From a virus (lineage: Duplodnaviria > Caudoviricetes), in the IMG/VR virus record IMGVR_UViG_3300023178_000062, positions 1 through 53,700 of that record: DNA of 53,700 nucleotides; one strand, written 5' to 3'. Position 1 is the stretch's first letter; every line of letters begins with the position of its first letter. A program made the position numbers and the translations under genes. This document shows, in pieces, positions 9,801 to 17,500 of the stretch. A model generated the notes under the pieces. That model was given only the letters and a program-made list of their open reading frames with translations, did not search any database and was not told the DNA's origin.

Positions 9801-11808
9801 CGTTTTGACATGGGATGGTGTAGTAGTAGGATTACAAATTGAAAATCCTGGTTATGGGTATACTTCACCTCCAACTGCGATTGTAACTAGAGGTTATGAT
9901 ATTATCAAAACTCAAAGAAATATTCAAACATCTCTTTCTAGAAATGTCAATATTTCACTGTTCCCATCACCTCTAATTATTGGAACTCAAGCACAAATTG
10001 TTGTACCTAATCTTACTGAAACTGGTGCATTTATTCCTGTTGGATTTGCAGACCCAATTGATGAATTTATCATTAATAAGTTCCTTGAAGCGGAGGTTGT
10101 ATCGGCACAGATTCCTACAGGATTAACACAGGAAATACTAAGAACTTCTGGTGCAAACTTTAATTCTACAATTTCCTTGGTTCCTTCAGTGGAAGTTGGT
10201 GAAAGATTGTTTATCAAACCACAGGAATCTTCCGCTCCTGTTGGTGCATCAACTGCTACATCCGGTACTGTATTAATTCTAAGCGAATCTAGAGTTGGTG
10301 CTGGAGATACATTAATTACTCCAGAAAGTCTCAATCAACTTGCTGCTCTTGTCAATATTCAATTCAACCTTGGAGATACAACTTTATTTGTTACATCCAC
10401 AGATGGATTCCCTGATAGTGGACTTCTCATTGTTGGAACTGAAGTTTTAACATATTCAAGCAAGTTACCAGATAGATTCTTTATTGATCTAAGAGGTGCT
10501 GAAGGAACCATAGAAGCAGTACACCCTATTGGTGAAGTTGTTAGGGTATACCTGAACTTCATTAATGGTAATGGTCCACCGGAACAAGAAATTGAGGCGT
10601 TTAATGAAGATGATAATGCTGGACCAATTAGCGGTACAACAGACATCATCCTCAGATTTGATACAGATTTAGATGTCACTTCTATTGATGGATTTGTTGA
10701 CACAGTTTCACCTCTAGAAAGAGCAGGTAGAACTGTTGAGTCACTAACCACAGATACGCTTGAACCAATTGCCTCAACTGATGTTACCAAGCGTCTAAGA
10801 TCTACTACTGTAGAATTTATTGATGTACCCGAAATTACCAGTGATGTAACATTAATTAATGAGTATGATGCACAAATTTACGACTTAGTAACCGCATCAC
10901 AAATTGATAGTATCGTTGAACCAGATAGTAATTTGGTATCACTTTCTGATGTAAATTATGATATCAGTATTAATCTAAACACAATCTCAGTTTCTCCTGT
11001 ACCATCCGGATTTACGGACAATACAATTATTGCTGAAATTCCACCAACTCCTGAAGATGTGACAATTCTTGATGTCACTCTACTAGAAACTACCGTTGAT
11101 GAATTAATAATTGGATTCGAATTCGACTCAGTTGCTACTGAACTGTCACCAACAGAAGGCGAATTAATTATTCTAGGCGAATCTTCAGCTAGCGTACCTC
11201 TGCTAACCTCGACATCTACAAGTGAGTTTATATCAATAATTGAAGAAGTACCAATTCCTGAGGATGTATCATATATCTTTATTGGTGAAAATGTAACTGT
11301 ATCCGAACAGATTACATTACAACCTAGAGATGTAGCGGCAACTTATCCAACAATAAGTTCCGTTGAAGAGATTGAATCTGATGTACAAACTCTAACAACT
11401 GCACCCGGCATTAACTATGTATCTATAAGTAAGGTTGAGGAAAATGATACTGAAGAATCTGAAATTATTATTCCTGTTGAGACTATTGATACCGGAGACA
11501 CATTAGTTTCTGTTTCTGTATCTAACTTCGTATCTGAAGCAATAGTTATTGTTTCCCCACAACTTGAATTTGCTGGTTCTCAATTAGGACGTACCCAAGA
11601 ATTACGCAAGCAACCTGAAGACATTATTGCTGTTTATCCTGCAATAATTACTGAAGAAGAGATTATCTCAGAATACGATGCTGCGGAGCATAAGGTTATC
11701 ACACCATCTGGACCTCAGACGGTTGATATAGATAGTGTTGTTGATACTGGTGCCATTGACGTGTTTAATGAAACTATTAATCCATCTAATATTGGTATAA
11801 ATCCATGA
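844..11808 (+). CDS. gp7: Giant baseplate wedge initiator gp7-like protein (3654 aa), multi-domain
   Basis: N-terminal QLPEFI...FLEKYYE and LIKNITSFYKAKGSEKSIKFIF, internal DSYYYQDYSYVIRS...WRDLIKDVVHPAGFQLFGEV; located between gp6 and gp8. Confidence 0.88.
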   Translation: MAIRLSNLVKRQLPEFISTQYSTFASFLEKYYEGLEVHGQPLDILSNITSYYDINYYQKNLLERGSKLTQSVNLTDTEFELEDATGFPDEYGYFKVGSEICFYTKKEGNTLTGVYRGVSGTTKLGDLYKKSKYEASNPENHSAGDTVQNISNLFLFAIVKSFESQYLGSIPKNLLSDDVDKRTLIKNITSFYKAKGSEKSIKFIFNSLVDSNPANTAEIKKPSEQTMKLSTSDWTNNYEIYVKIISGNPDNLISQQLVQTEPSYASAFIDVVEIVDSSKSLYKLTVDKQLLNSEFDIFSYTELVNPITTNDTTNFVVEVVSTKGWKTTDKYFYINNEEFLIINRNINQFTVARRSGTGSYPAGTKLYISKPLEINGVKLQVTGSVYNISPKSKVPYSSVGDPILEFNSSISSRETTVFDVSNGEYRWIPNVNRQKPSAVTASAAVQANLANINTNVSAIFEDETYFYVCSSGYPSFDILGPTDPSGLEDNKYLKLIRKNPVSNTDVYEIGRNDIAIFLDGTIAYSKISENFVNYGQVEKVNILSKGSGYKVPPVVLVNNSPTKAKAILSGDVVSDVEVITEQIYRKTPHVEIISGRKGELQALVTAGRITDIIVTNPGEYYTSPPRILITDKEGRGRFAEYRARISSTGKIIGVDKINEGRNYTAANVVVDVIPAGAGASVTFEIKKWYKNRYTESTNLDDNHGTVINKKFFVDKTLGKTYAILANPKKLRFALGDNINSLYQETVTGHSKIIGYAYDGNPIYGPYGYTDPLDATSAITRLRSGYTENTSRPDGPPVSVYPLGTFDEDFTWSPNINTGKTYLDINNGRYCVTPEYPQGVYAYFLSIDASGNPVYPYILGKNYYSIPVDSNYNSPITQDQVPRTAKILDFTDVIKNGQNFSAVVSSVNSGFVNGFFVDSTVREHNPGNKVFIENPKSGGSGLLASVGTVSNSNVDYLRAKESVCKLRSLTECYLFKDYIFRQQNTGFEGNIVGDVLFDSTIILEDITGNFTNDKFDLIDPNTNTPVKIISLLLNDSATFTANSTIELTDGELNPDSVKASGVILESTSRQNTLRVLVQFGDFDLGIDNNDLSLQSSTLADDVGVGIFSTRSLSENITISIFDYNFAILKTSENHNLSIGDIIDVSINPEDSVTEKTYYVRKKLFQEVQLRDRRLVASLEDTGIGRLSILAGGLYSAPGTYSANLGNASVNVVITNYGTYNSVSEIIVTDKGSNFKEDEVLTLDNLVGVTQNRPAIFRVDHAGLGPDEDIFKLTSVEYLSVDDFLTIDDEIVKVVSIDSAERLVGIERGQQGTVAAKHFNTAIVNFSNPIYRFTPGQYLDQIGTSSTDPTVYSYNPETNLLILQYEYGVDITQTPNISISSFFSDSSNPEKNVSIQSVGEKTFKLEFSEDDENNFVINPNINIQLYYKYIFDTSHPSMVDTYLDFSPSLNYNLITLEKLVGDDEPGSELPNSFVSLKFGFGLNTPDNTFTDTQALRFTNYYYFIVASGVDTDNSRVSVELDPLVGTKVIDFTTDDKFTYSIANQPQENGSGDISYITSSETSIGEIKSIKVENSGSEYTEIPTILGIRVPEFQEAKFNVTLDKFGNVTSVSITDAGTNYTNPAIITESDEGTPGIYRPSVVDGKIISLNILEPGTGYSKVPTLRAIETAHKIYATSENIGLPKSVIINNPGSNYSKDTTTLPKFTSTLVVLLSNVSEGRFPAGKKVRQFGPGGIPFFEGTVVTTVKKNSNIVKFKNIVGELDKTIELEGASIIAILSTDYETEFKSFFDKKGFFNSEKGIISATDSKITDSYYYQDYSYVIRSYTPIDIWRDLIKDVVHPAGFQLFGEVVVENEVKAVAPPAEQPIIPFLAQINVTVEDGFSESRVIQLTEVVSSFGDINITKGVGRLALDEENLSSTNIYDISLSPEFDGYIDGDTGLTFGTRTFTMRDAETNALIEPYNENALIISINGIVQEPKVAFTVDGSEITFATAPLGPRVSEGQSLEPANFIGRLFEFVDTDISESSFKKAKNIFQRSGIWLDSANQIRFNRNFIVEETFGYITAKYPATEFDTGKCKRDIGLIIDAFEHDLRFGGNLSTVTAGNSYYNAAQELDFINNELEETRDAYLYAAKLCAAAIRNWDVVFIDDPATADPIFEVIVTANSDLITVPSTFGIVEGMYLSSGSQFPLDTRVIEIIDETNIRVSNNAFADISDTSSFIFEIPSSTIEELPGTSGEIEFEYNGIQINTDAELIIDDGTTVSITAAIARLRQVRFSLSKINTGTFVDAANLIKVNRSYIIDETISYVNSTFPGFVNPSEIKCRRDTGYLIDAVVYHLQYGGNNRIIDYAEKYYLANKLNYINDELTETVAAFTYAVDLMQQAILDPGAPFETTPYAVAPDESFGVQCAEVQSAIESYKDSYIFILENGPNLIQRDFGNQQRSGEYTTLKTYSNYDLIDDVELQLSTEIDGVVFGAECAEVISAVYTLHQSLDTILTTGAGTVESSRPDYIDGENTLFELYKDNGDIFKTTVGEDLLVFINGILQKPPAYKIIRSENPNLTDLIEFSVAPKWDQSDAQLRLGEGLSIETFHAYSIGSYERRRVDSNKIPIRKDLTIFNDFGAVTAVTDPRYYTVFVDGVQQRPSVDYTISGNRLVFKKRLNSYTSPDGITTIPNVDILSYQGGSDNNTFTAFYFERNGAYSALAILDLYYSADGENFYETVKNWDAPSRTHPIQIYNDDNSIGSVYDYEEIQDPYPGIRLKLAINNNPEINSEQPIIFRKRLENVPDLDFTVAITFDEDITFLGPDFYVFGNITVAEGTEIVVDDTATVVSAEIVFNFEEEDGQRLLRRTVSPWLFAKESGNKAWRGTHTSTAKILEGDKIRVNGENNFRTITSVPDIVKTNNYNTFTPNTFYGSIITSPSLERPSGSGLSITTVIDPVTGSITGLDYGEPDLIRLRLLGESIPQIGTGYQEGVYIDFIPVDGNGGGGFARVLTWDGVVVGLQIENPGYGYTSPPTAIVTRGYDIIKTQRNIQTSLSRNVNISLFPSPLIIGTQAQIVVPNLTETGAFIPVGFADPIDEFIINKFLEAEVVSAQIPTGLTQEILRTSGANFNSTISLVPSVEVGERLFIKPQESSAPVGASTATSGTVLILSESRVGAGDTLITPESLNQLAALVNIQFNLGDTTLFVTSTDGFPDSGLLIVGTEVLTYSSKLPDRFFIDLRGAEGTIEAVHPIGEVVRVYLNFINGNGPPEQEIEAFNEDDNAGPISGTTDIILRFDTDLDVTSIDGFVDTVSPLERAGRTVESLTTDTLEPIASTDVTKRLRSTTVEFIDVPEITSDVTLINEYDAQIYDLVTASQIDSIVEPDSNLVSLSDVNYDISINLNTISVSPVPSGFTDNTIIAEIPPTPEDVTILDVTLLETTVDELIIGFEFDSVATELSPTEGELIILGESSASVPLLTSTSTSEFISIIEEVPIPEDVSYIFIGENVTVSEQITLQPRDVAATYPTISSVEEIESDVQTLTTAPGINYVSISKVEENDTEESEIIIPVETIDTGDTLVSVSVSNFVSEAIVIVSPQLEFAGSQLGRTQELRKQPEDIIAVYPAIITEEEIISEYDAAEHKVITPSGPQTVDIDSVVDTGAIDVFNETINPSNIGINP

Positions 11809-12416
11809 CATCTATAAATTTTTCTGCTCCTATAGAAGTTGAATTGAATTCTGGGTTAACGACCACAGTTAATAACTTGTTATATCAAACAAGAACACTT
11901 AATAAATTTTTTAACAATTATATTACTAGTGTTAGTGTTGGTTATTTTGAAACTTATGATAGAAATGCTTTATGCGAGGCAGGAACTATAAATTATCAAA
12001 TGGTGTCTGATGTGAATGGAGATGCTAATCCTCCTTTGGTTGGCATCTCATCCACATCTATTTTTGACCAAGACCCGTTAATTACACTTGAAACATATTT
12101 TGATAGGCCATATTCCACATATACCACACAAAACAAAAGAACTGGAGGTCCTGGCATTCCATCTATAAATTTATCGGGAGCACAATTTGATAGATTTCAG
12201 AATGCAAATACAGAATTAGTGGTTTTATCTACAGCAACAGCACCAAATCCACTAGGAAATTTTCCACCTGCAGGAAGATTACAACTAAATAAAGAAGTAT
12301 TATCTTATACTGGAATAACTGCGGGCGACACATTTACTGGTGTTACCAGAGATATCGATGGTACTGGTCCCTATACCCATACATCCGGAGATTATCTTCG
12401 TAGTATAACCATCTAA
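11805..12416 (+). CDS. Virion/baseplate-associated protein (203 aa) resembling a gp7 repeat module
   Basis: ATGA overlap with the gp7 stop. C-terminal FPPAGRLQLNKEVLSYTG...GVTRDIDGT...HTSGDYLR matches the gp7 module GFPDSGLLIVGTEVLTYS...RGAEGT...HPIGEVVR. Confidence 0.7.
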   Translation: MTSINFSAPIEVELNSGLTTTVNNLLYQTRTLNKFFNNYITSVSVGYFETYDRNALCEAGTINYQMVSDVNGDANPPLVGISSTSIFDQDPLITLETYFDRPYSTYTTQNKRTGGPGIPSINLSGAQFDRFQNANTELVVLSTATAPNPLGNFPPAGRLQLNKEVLSYTGITAGDTFTGVTRDIDGTGPYTHTSGDYLRSITI

Positions 12417-12427
12417 TCCAAAAGTAT

Positions 12428-12435
12428 TATAAATA
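12428..12435 (+). promoter_or_regulatory. T4-type late promoter for gp8
   Basis: Exact TATAAATA, intergenic, upstream of an AGAGAGGA ribosome-binding site and the ATG at 12473. Confidence 0.85.
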
Positions 12436-12472
12436 AAACAAGAAAACAGACCTGTTATTTTAAGAGAGGATC

Positions 12473-14512
12473 ATGAGCGCACTTATCACAGACAAGTTTA
12501 GAGTATATAATGCCAAGCAATTCTTGGAATCGTTTGATGAAGCGGTTGGAACTGAGCACTTCTTCTTCGTCGGTCGCTCAAAGGACTGGGCTTCGGTCGT
12601 AGAATTTTACGGACTCAGTGGTACGGGACCAAATTTGGACGGAACCACACAAATCACTATCGACCAAGGCGGGACGCCGGTAACAGCGACCATCGTTGGT
12701 GGTTTGGAGGGAGCATGGATTGTTACAGGTCTGGATCCAGCTCTCCTCACAACTCTAGCATTCGGTCAAACTATTGACTGGACCGTTCCTGGAGTAGGGT
12801 CTGCACAAGTATTAAAAGTAAGACCAGCAACTGAGGACACTCCTCTCCGTCCCCTAGACAACCTAATCGAAAAATACGATTACTACAGAGAAATTATTGC
12901 TGCCAAGAGAATTTTCAACCAAACAATTGGTGATGGTTCAGCAACTCTTGCTCCAGACGGTAGCTATGTTTCTGCTGTTATCAATCGTCTAGACTACGGT
13001 ATCAATTCTGACTTTACTGACAGAACGGACCCATATGATATGTGGCGTCCTAACTATGCTGCTGACCCAACATTTACCAGACTTTCACAAGGTGCAACCG
13101 GAGAAGCAGGTGTTGCAAACCTTGAGATGATTACTAGAAATAGTCAGTATGAAGTATTCATGTGCATCGATAACAAACCTGATGCAACTGGTCTTGGTAC
13201 TGTTCCTGACCTTCCTGTAACTAACGGACCTCGCTTTGCAGGCGTAGCACCAGTAGCAAATCCTGATACAGCAGGATATCATGCAGCATCTGGTATTTTC
13301 AGAACAAATAGTGGTCAGAGATGGAAGTATCTATATACACTATCCACAACTGATGTTCTAAGATTCCAGTCACAAAGATTTATCCCACTTCGTCCTTTTG
13401 CTGGTGTATCTATTGTTGGACCAGAAGTTGTAACCATTCTTGATGGTGGTTCCGGTTGGGCAGATGGAGTTTACTATACTCCTATTAATGGTGATGGACA
13501 AGTAGATAACTCCAACTTTAAGATTTGTAGATTTGAAGTTACCGGTGGTACTGGTGTAATTTCCGATGCTAGAGTTCTTCTAGGTACTGATACAACACAA
13601 GATGAAACCAATGGTGTAGCAGCATCAACAGCGTATACCTATGCGACAGTTAATCTTGCAGATCAAGGAGTTACTGGTACTGAAAACAGATTCAAAACTG
13701 GTGTATTCACCAGTGCTGATCTGACTGCAGCTGCAACAGTTCCTCCAGCAACACCAGGTGCTCTAGAAGTTGTCATTCCTCCTCAGGGTGGTTATGGTAG
13801 CACTGATGGTCCTACATTCCAAGAGCAACTAAATGCTAAGCGTGTAATGTGTAACATTCGCCTAACATTTGGTGAGGGTGGAGGAGACTTCCCTGTAACT
13901 AACGACTTCAGAAGAATTGGTCTCCTAAGAGATCCTAAAGAGTACAATGGTTCTGGTGGTACAGAAATCACAGGTGCAACTCCAGAAACAGTTAGAAACA
14001 CTTTTGCAGTCAGTTTTGGTGCAGGCACTAGCTATATTGCTAACTTTGTTCCTGATGAAGAGATTGAACAAACTCAAGGAACTGCTGGTGGAGCAGCTCC
14101 AGTCGCTAAAGGAACCGTAGTTGAGTGGTTACCAAATGACCCCAACAACGTATCTCTTGGTGGAAAACTAAGATATTACCAAGATCCTATTCTGCACAGA
14201 GATGAAAATGGTACTGTTAATCCCTTTGTTCCATCAGGCGGAGACGGCGGTGATGTAACTACAGGTGGAGATATTATTGGATCAGTTTCAGGTTCACACC
14301 CCACCACAGATGTTCTAACAACTGCAACCAATGCTTATGGTAGTGGAAACCTACCCGCTGCTCATGACGTTGATGGTGCTACAGTTACTGCTGATATTTT
14401 ATATCCAGAACTAGAACCATATACAGGTGAAATCATCTATGTAGAAAACAGAAGACTAATCACCCGTGCAGAAGACCAAATTGAAGATATTAAACTAGTT
14501 ATTGAGTTCTGA
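12473..14512 (+). CDS. gp8: Baseplate wedge subunit gp8
   Basis: MSALITDKFRVYNAKQF, FFVGRSKDW, WKYLYTL, NDFRRIGLLRDP and terminal GEIIYVENRRLITRAEDQIEDIKLVIEF. Confidence 0.95.
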   Translation: MSALITDKFRVYNAKQFLESFDEAVGTEHFFFVGRSKDWASVVEFYGLSGTGPNLDGTTQITIDQGGTPVTATIVGGLEGAWIVTGLDPALLTTLAFGQTIDWTVPGVGSAQVLKVRPATEDTPLRPLDNLIEKYDYYREIIAAKRIFNQTIGDGSATLAPDGSYVSAVINRLDYGINSDFTDRTDPYDMWRPNYAADPTFTRLSQGATGEAGVANLEMITRNSQYEVFMCIDNKPDATGLGTVPDLPVTNGPRFAGVAPVANPDTAGYHAASGIFRTNSGQRWKYLYTLSTTDVLRFQSQRFIPLRPFAGVSIVGPEVVTILDGGSGWADGVYYTPINGDGQVDNSNFKICRFEVTGGTGVISDARVLLGTDTTQDETNGVAASTAYTYATVNLADQGVTGTENRFKTGVFTSADLTAAATVPPATPGALEVVIPPQGGYGSTDGPTFQEQLNAKRVMCNIRLTFGEGGGDFPVTNDFRRIGLLRDPKEYNGSGGTEITGATPETVRNTFAVSFGAGTSYIANFVPDEEIEQTQGTAGGAAPVAKGTVVEWLPNDPNNVSLGGKLRYYQDPILHRDENGTVNPFVPSGGDGGDVTTGGDIIGSVSGSHPTTDVLTTATNAYGSGNLPAAHDVDGATVTADILYPELEPYTGEIIYVENRRLITRAEDQIEDIKLVIEF

Positions 14513-14523
14513 TTAACTCAATA
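14500..14523 (+). terminator. AT-rich hairpin over the gp8 stop codon (possible terminator or processing site)
   Basis: TATTGAGTT-CTGATT-AACTCAATA, a perfect 9-bp inverted repeat; no strong U-tract follows. Confidence 0.35.
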
Positions 14524-14530
14524 TCTTGAC

Positions 14531-14538
14531 TATAAATA
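14531..14538 (+). promoter_or_regulatory. T4-type late promoter
   Basis: Exact TATAAATA in the spacer before the ATG at 14572. Confidence 0.85.
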
Positions 14539-14571
14539 AGGTTAGGAAACTTAGGTGCATAAAAATTTAAT

Positions 14572-17500
14572 ATGGCACAGAATACTAACCTTAATGTATC
14601 CCCATATTATGACGACTTTAATAGGGATAAAGACTTCTACCGTGTTCTGTTCAGGCCGGGATACTCTGTTCAAAGTAGAGAATTAACTACTTTACAGAGT
14701 ATCCTACAAGAGCAGATAGAGAGGTATGGTAATTATCAATTTAAGCAGGGGGAACTAGTAACTCCTGGAGAGGTTGGTTTAAATACTAAATTAAATTACG
14801 TTAAGTTATCTTCAGTTTCTGAAGTTGCTATTAACGAAGGTGGAGAAATTGTATATAGAAAATATGATATCTCCGGTTTGGTTGGTGGCACTTTAGTAGG
14901 TGTCACGTCTGGAGTCCAAGCAACAGTATTGGCAGTAAAGACAGAGACCACAAGTAATTCAGATACACTTTTTGTTTCCTATATTTCAAGCGGAGATTCT
15001 ACTACAGAACCAACCTTTAGACAAGGTGAGTTGCTAGAAGTTGTAGATGGCGTAAATACTCCAGTTTTAACTGTTGGCACTGATGGTGCAGTGCTACCTA
15101 ATTTTATTTCAATTACTGATGTAGAAACTGAGATTACAGAAACTGTATTCAGTCCTGCCCTTGGATTAGCAGCTGCAGTTGATATTCAAGAAGGAATCTA
15201 TTTTGTAAATGGATTTTTTGTAAGAAATTCTTCTCAACTTTTAATTGTTGATCCGTATAATAATAAACCATCAGCAAAAGTTGCATTTAACATTACTGAA
15301 AATATTATTACCCCAGAATTTGATGAGTCATTATATGATAATTCTAGAGGTTCTTCTAATTTTTCTGCTCCTGGTTCACACAGACTACAGATTGAATTAG
15401 TTGCTCAGTCATATGGATATAATGAGATACTAGACAAAAATAGTATCGAACTTATTACAATTAAGAATGGTTCTGTTCTTAAAAAAATTAAACAGAAAGA
15501 ATATAATGTTTTAGAAGAAACTCTAGCAAGAAGAACATTTGATGAATCTGGTGATTATGTTGTAGATAATTTTACATTTGATGTAAGAGAATATGTACAG
15601 ACATCCGACAATACTGGATTATTTTCTGTAAATTCATCTACAGGTTTAGTTAATGGACTTCCACAATCTGAAGCAAAGCAAAAATTAATTGGTACTGTTG
15701 GTCCTGGTAAGGCATATGTAAAGGGTTATGAGATTATTAACAAAGAAACTAAGTATCTAACTCTAGACAAGGCAACAGATACAATTCAAAGAAATAACGT
15801 ACTATTAAAATATAATGGTGCGAGTTCATTTTATGTAACTAATGTATATGGAAGTGTTCCAGTAAACGCAGAAGGTGTAGAATTAGAATCATATCCATCA
15901 ATCTATTTGATGAATACATTTAATGATGGTGGAGTTGGTTTAAATGGATTAACTAATACTTTTAGAAATACAGATAATCATCGTGGAGAGTTGATGTCTG
16001 ATGGTCCACCAGACTCTGTAGGATTTGACTTAGATTTGGAACCAAGTGACATTGCGGTCAAGACTATATGGGTAGAACGTAGTACTCAGATACTACCATC
16101 TTATGTCGAGACTTTCTTACCAGCGCCAGGAGACCTCCTGTGGGTCATTAGAAACTATGATGTACAAGAAGGGTCAGGAACTACAAGAACTGCCACTACA
16201 GAGCGTGTGAGAGTTGTCTCAACCGCATTGGTTAAGAATGAAAAAGTTGCTCCTGGTTCTGCTGTACGTTATGCTGAGATAACTATTGCTGGAAAGAGAG
16301 ATGTTGTTGATGCATTATTTAAAGATTTTGATTTGGGCGATCAACAATCGAGAAGAAGAGTTTTCTTATCATATGAGAATGCTTTTACAGTAAATGCTTT
16401 ACCAACAGAAGATGAGCAGGGAAATCCAATTGTTCCACCATTAACAAGAGAAAACTACTATTGGGGAACTATTGTAGATTATACTGATGCAGTTTCTCCT
16501 GTAATTGGTTTATGTAAACCATCCAATTTTATCTTAGAAAAATATGGAGATGGTTTTAATCCTATTAAAGATAAGATAGCATCCAAAGGAATTAGGGATG
16601 AGCAGGAAGAGTATAACAGTATCTTCAAATTTGGTTATTTTGCACCTCAATTTTTTACAAGACTCAAGTTAACTGAATTTATCACTGATGGATTTAGACC
16701 AGGAAAATATGTTAATGGTATTACAAGTGGTGCATATGGAGTTGTTGAAGGAACCACTGGCGGTGTATATTCTTCCACAGATGTTTTACATTTAAAAGTA
16801 CAATCAGGAAAATTTGTTGAGGGAGAAACTCTGGTTGATGAAGATGGAAATTTATTGAAAGTTGCTACTAGTAATACAATTTCTCACTTTGTAATTCATA
16901 ATCAAGGAACATCATATAACAGTTCATCCGTTGCTATTATAGATGGACAGGTTTATGATAGATCTAAAATTGCAATTAATAGAGTTGACGATGGTGTTCA
17001 ACTTGCAACAATTTCTATTGAAGATGATGTTGTAAGAGATATTAAATATGTTAATCCTCCAACGATAAGAATTACTGAAGGAACCGGAGCTATTGTTACA
17101 GCTGTTTTATTCCAAGAAACTGTAAAAACTTATACTCCACAAGATGTAAAATCTTTCTATGGTTCTTACGGTTCCGGTTCACAGGGACAAAATATTTTTA
17201 CCGCTGATGTTGTTTCTGATAATGCAAATTATGCCACATTTACAAAAATTTCAGATTCAACATTTAGTGGTGAGAAAGGATTAAATTACCTTTCAGTAAA
17301 TTCTTTATCAACAAATTTATCGCAAATTTTAAAGCAAACTGATATTGTTCAGTATGTTGATGACTTAGGTAACGTTACGAGAGCTATTGTTTTATACTCC
17401 ACTGCTTCTACAGGAACTCAGAAAGCAAGAGTGTACTTAGACTCCGTTCTTAGAGAAAATGTTTCTAGTAGTATATTAAACAAAATTTCTACCAAAGTTG

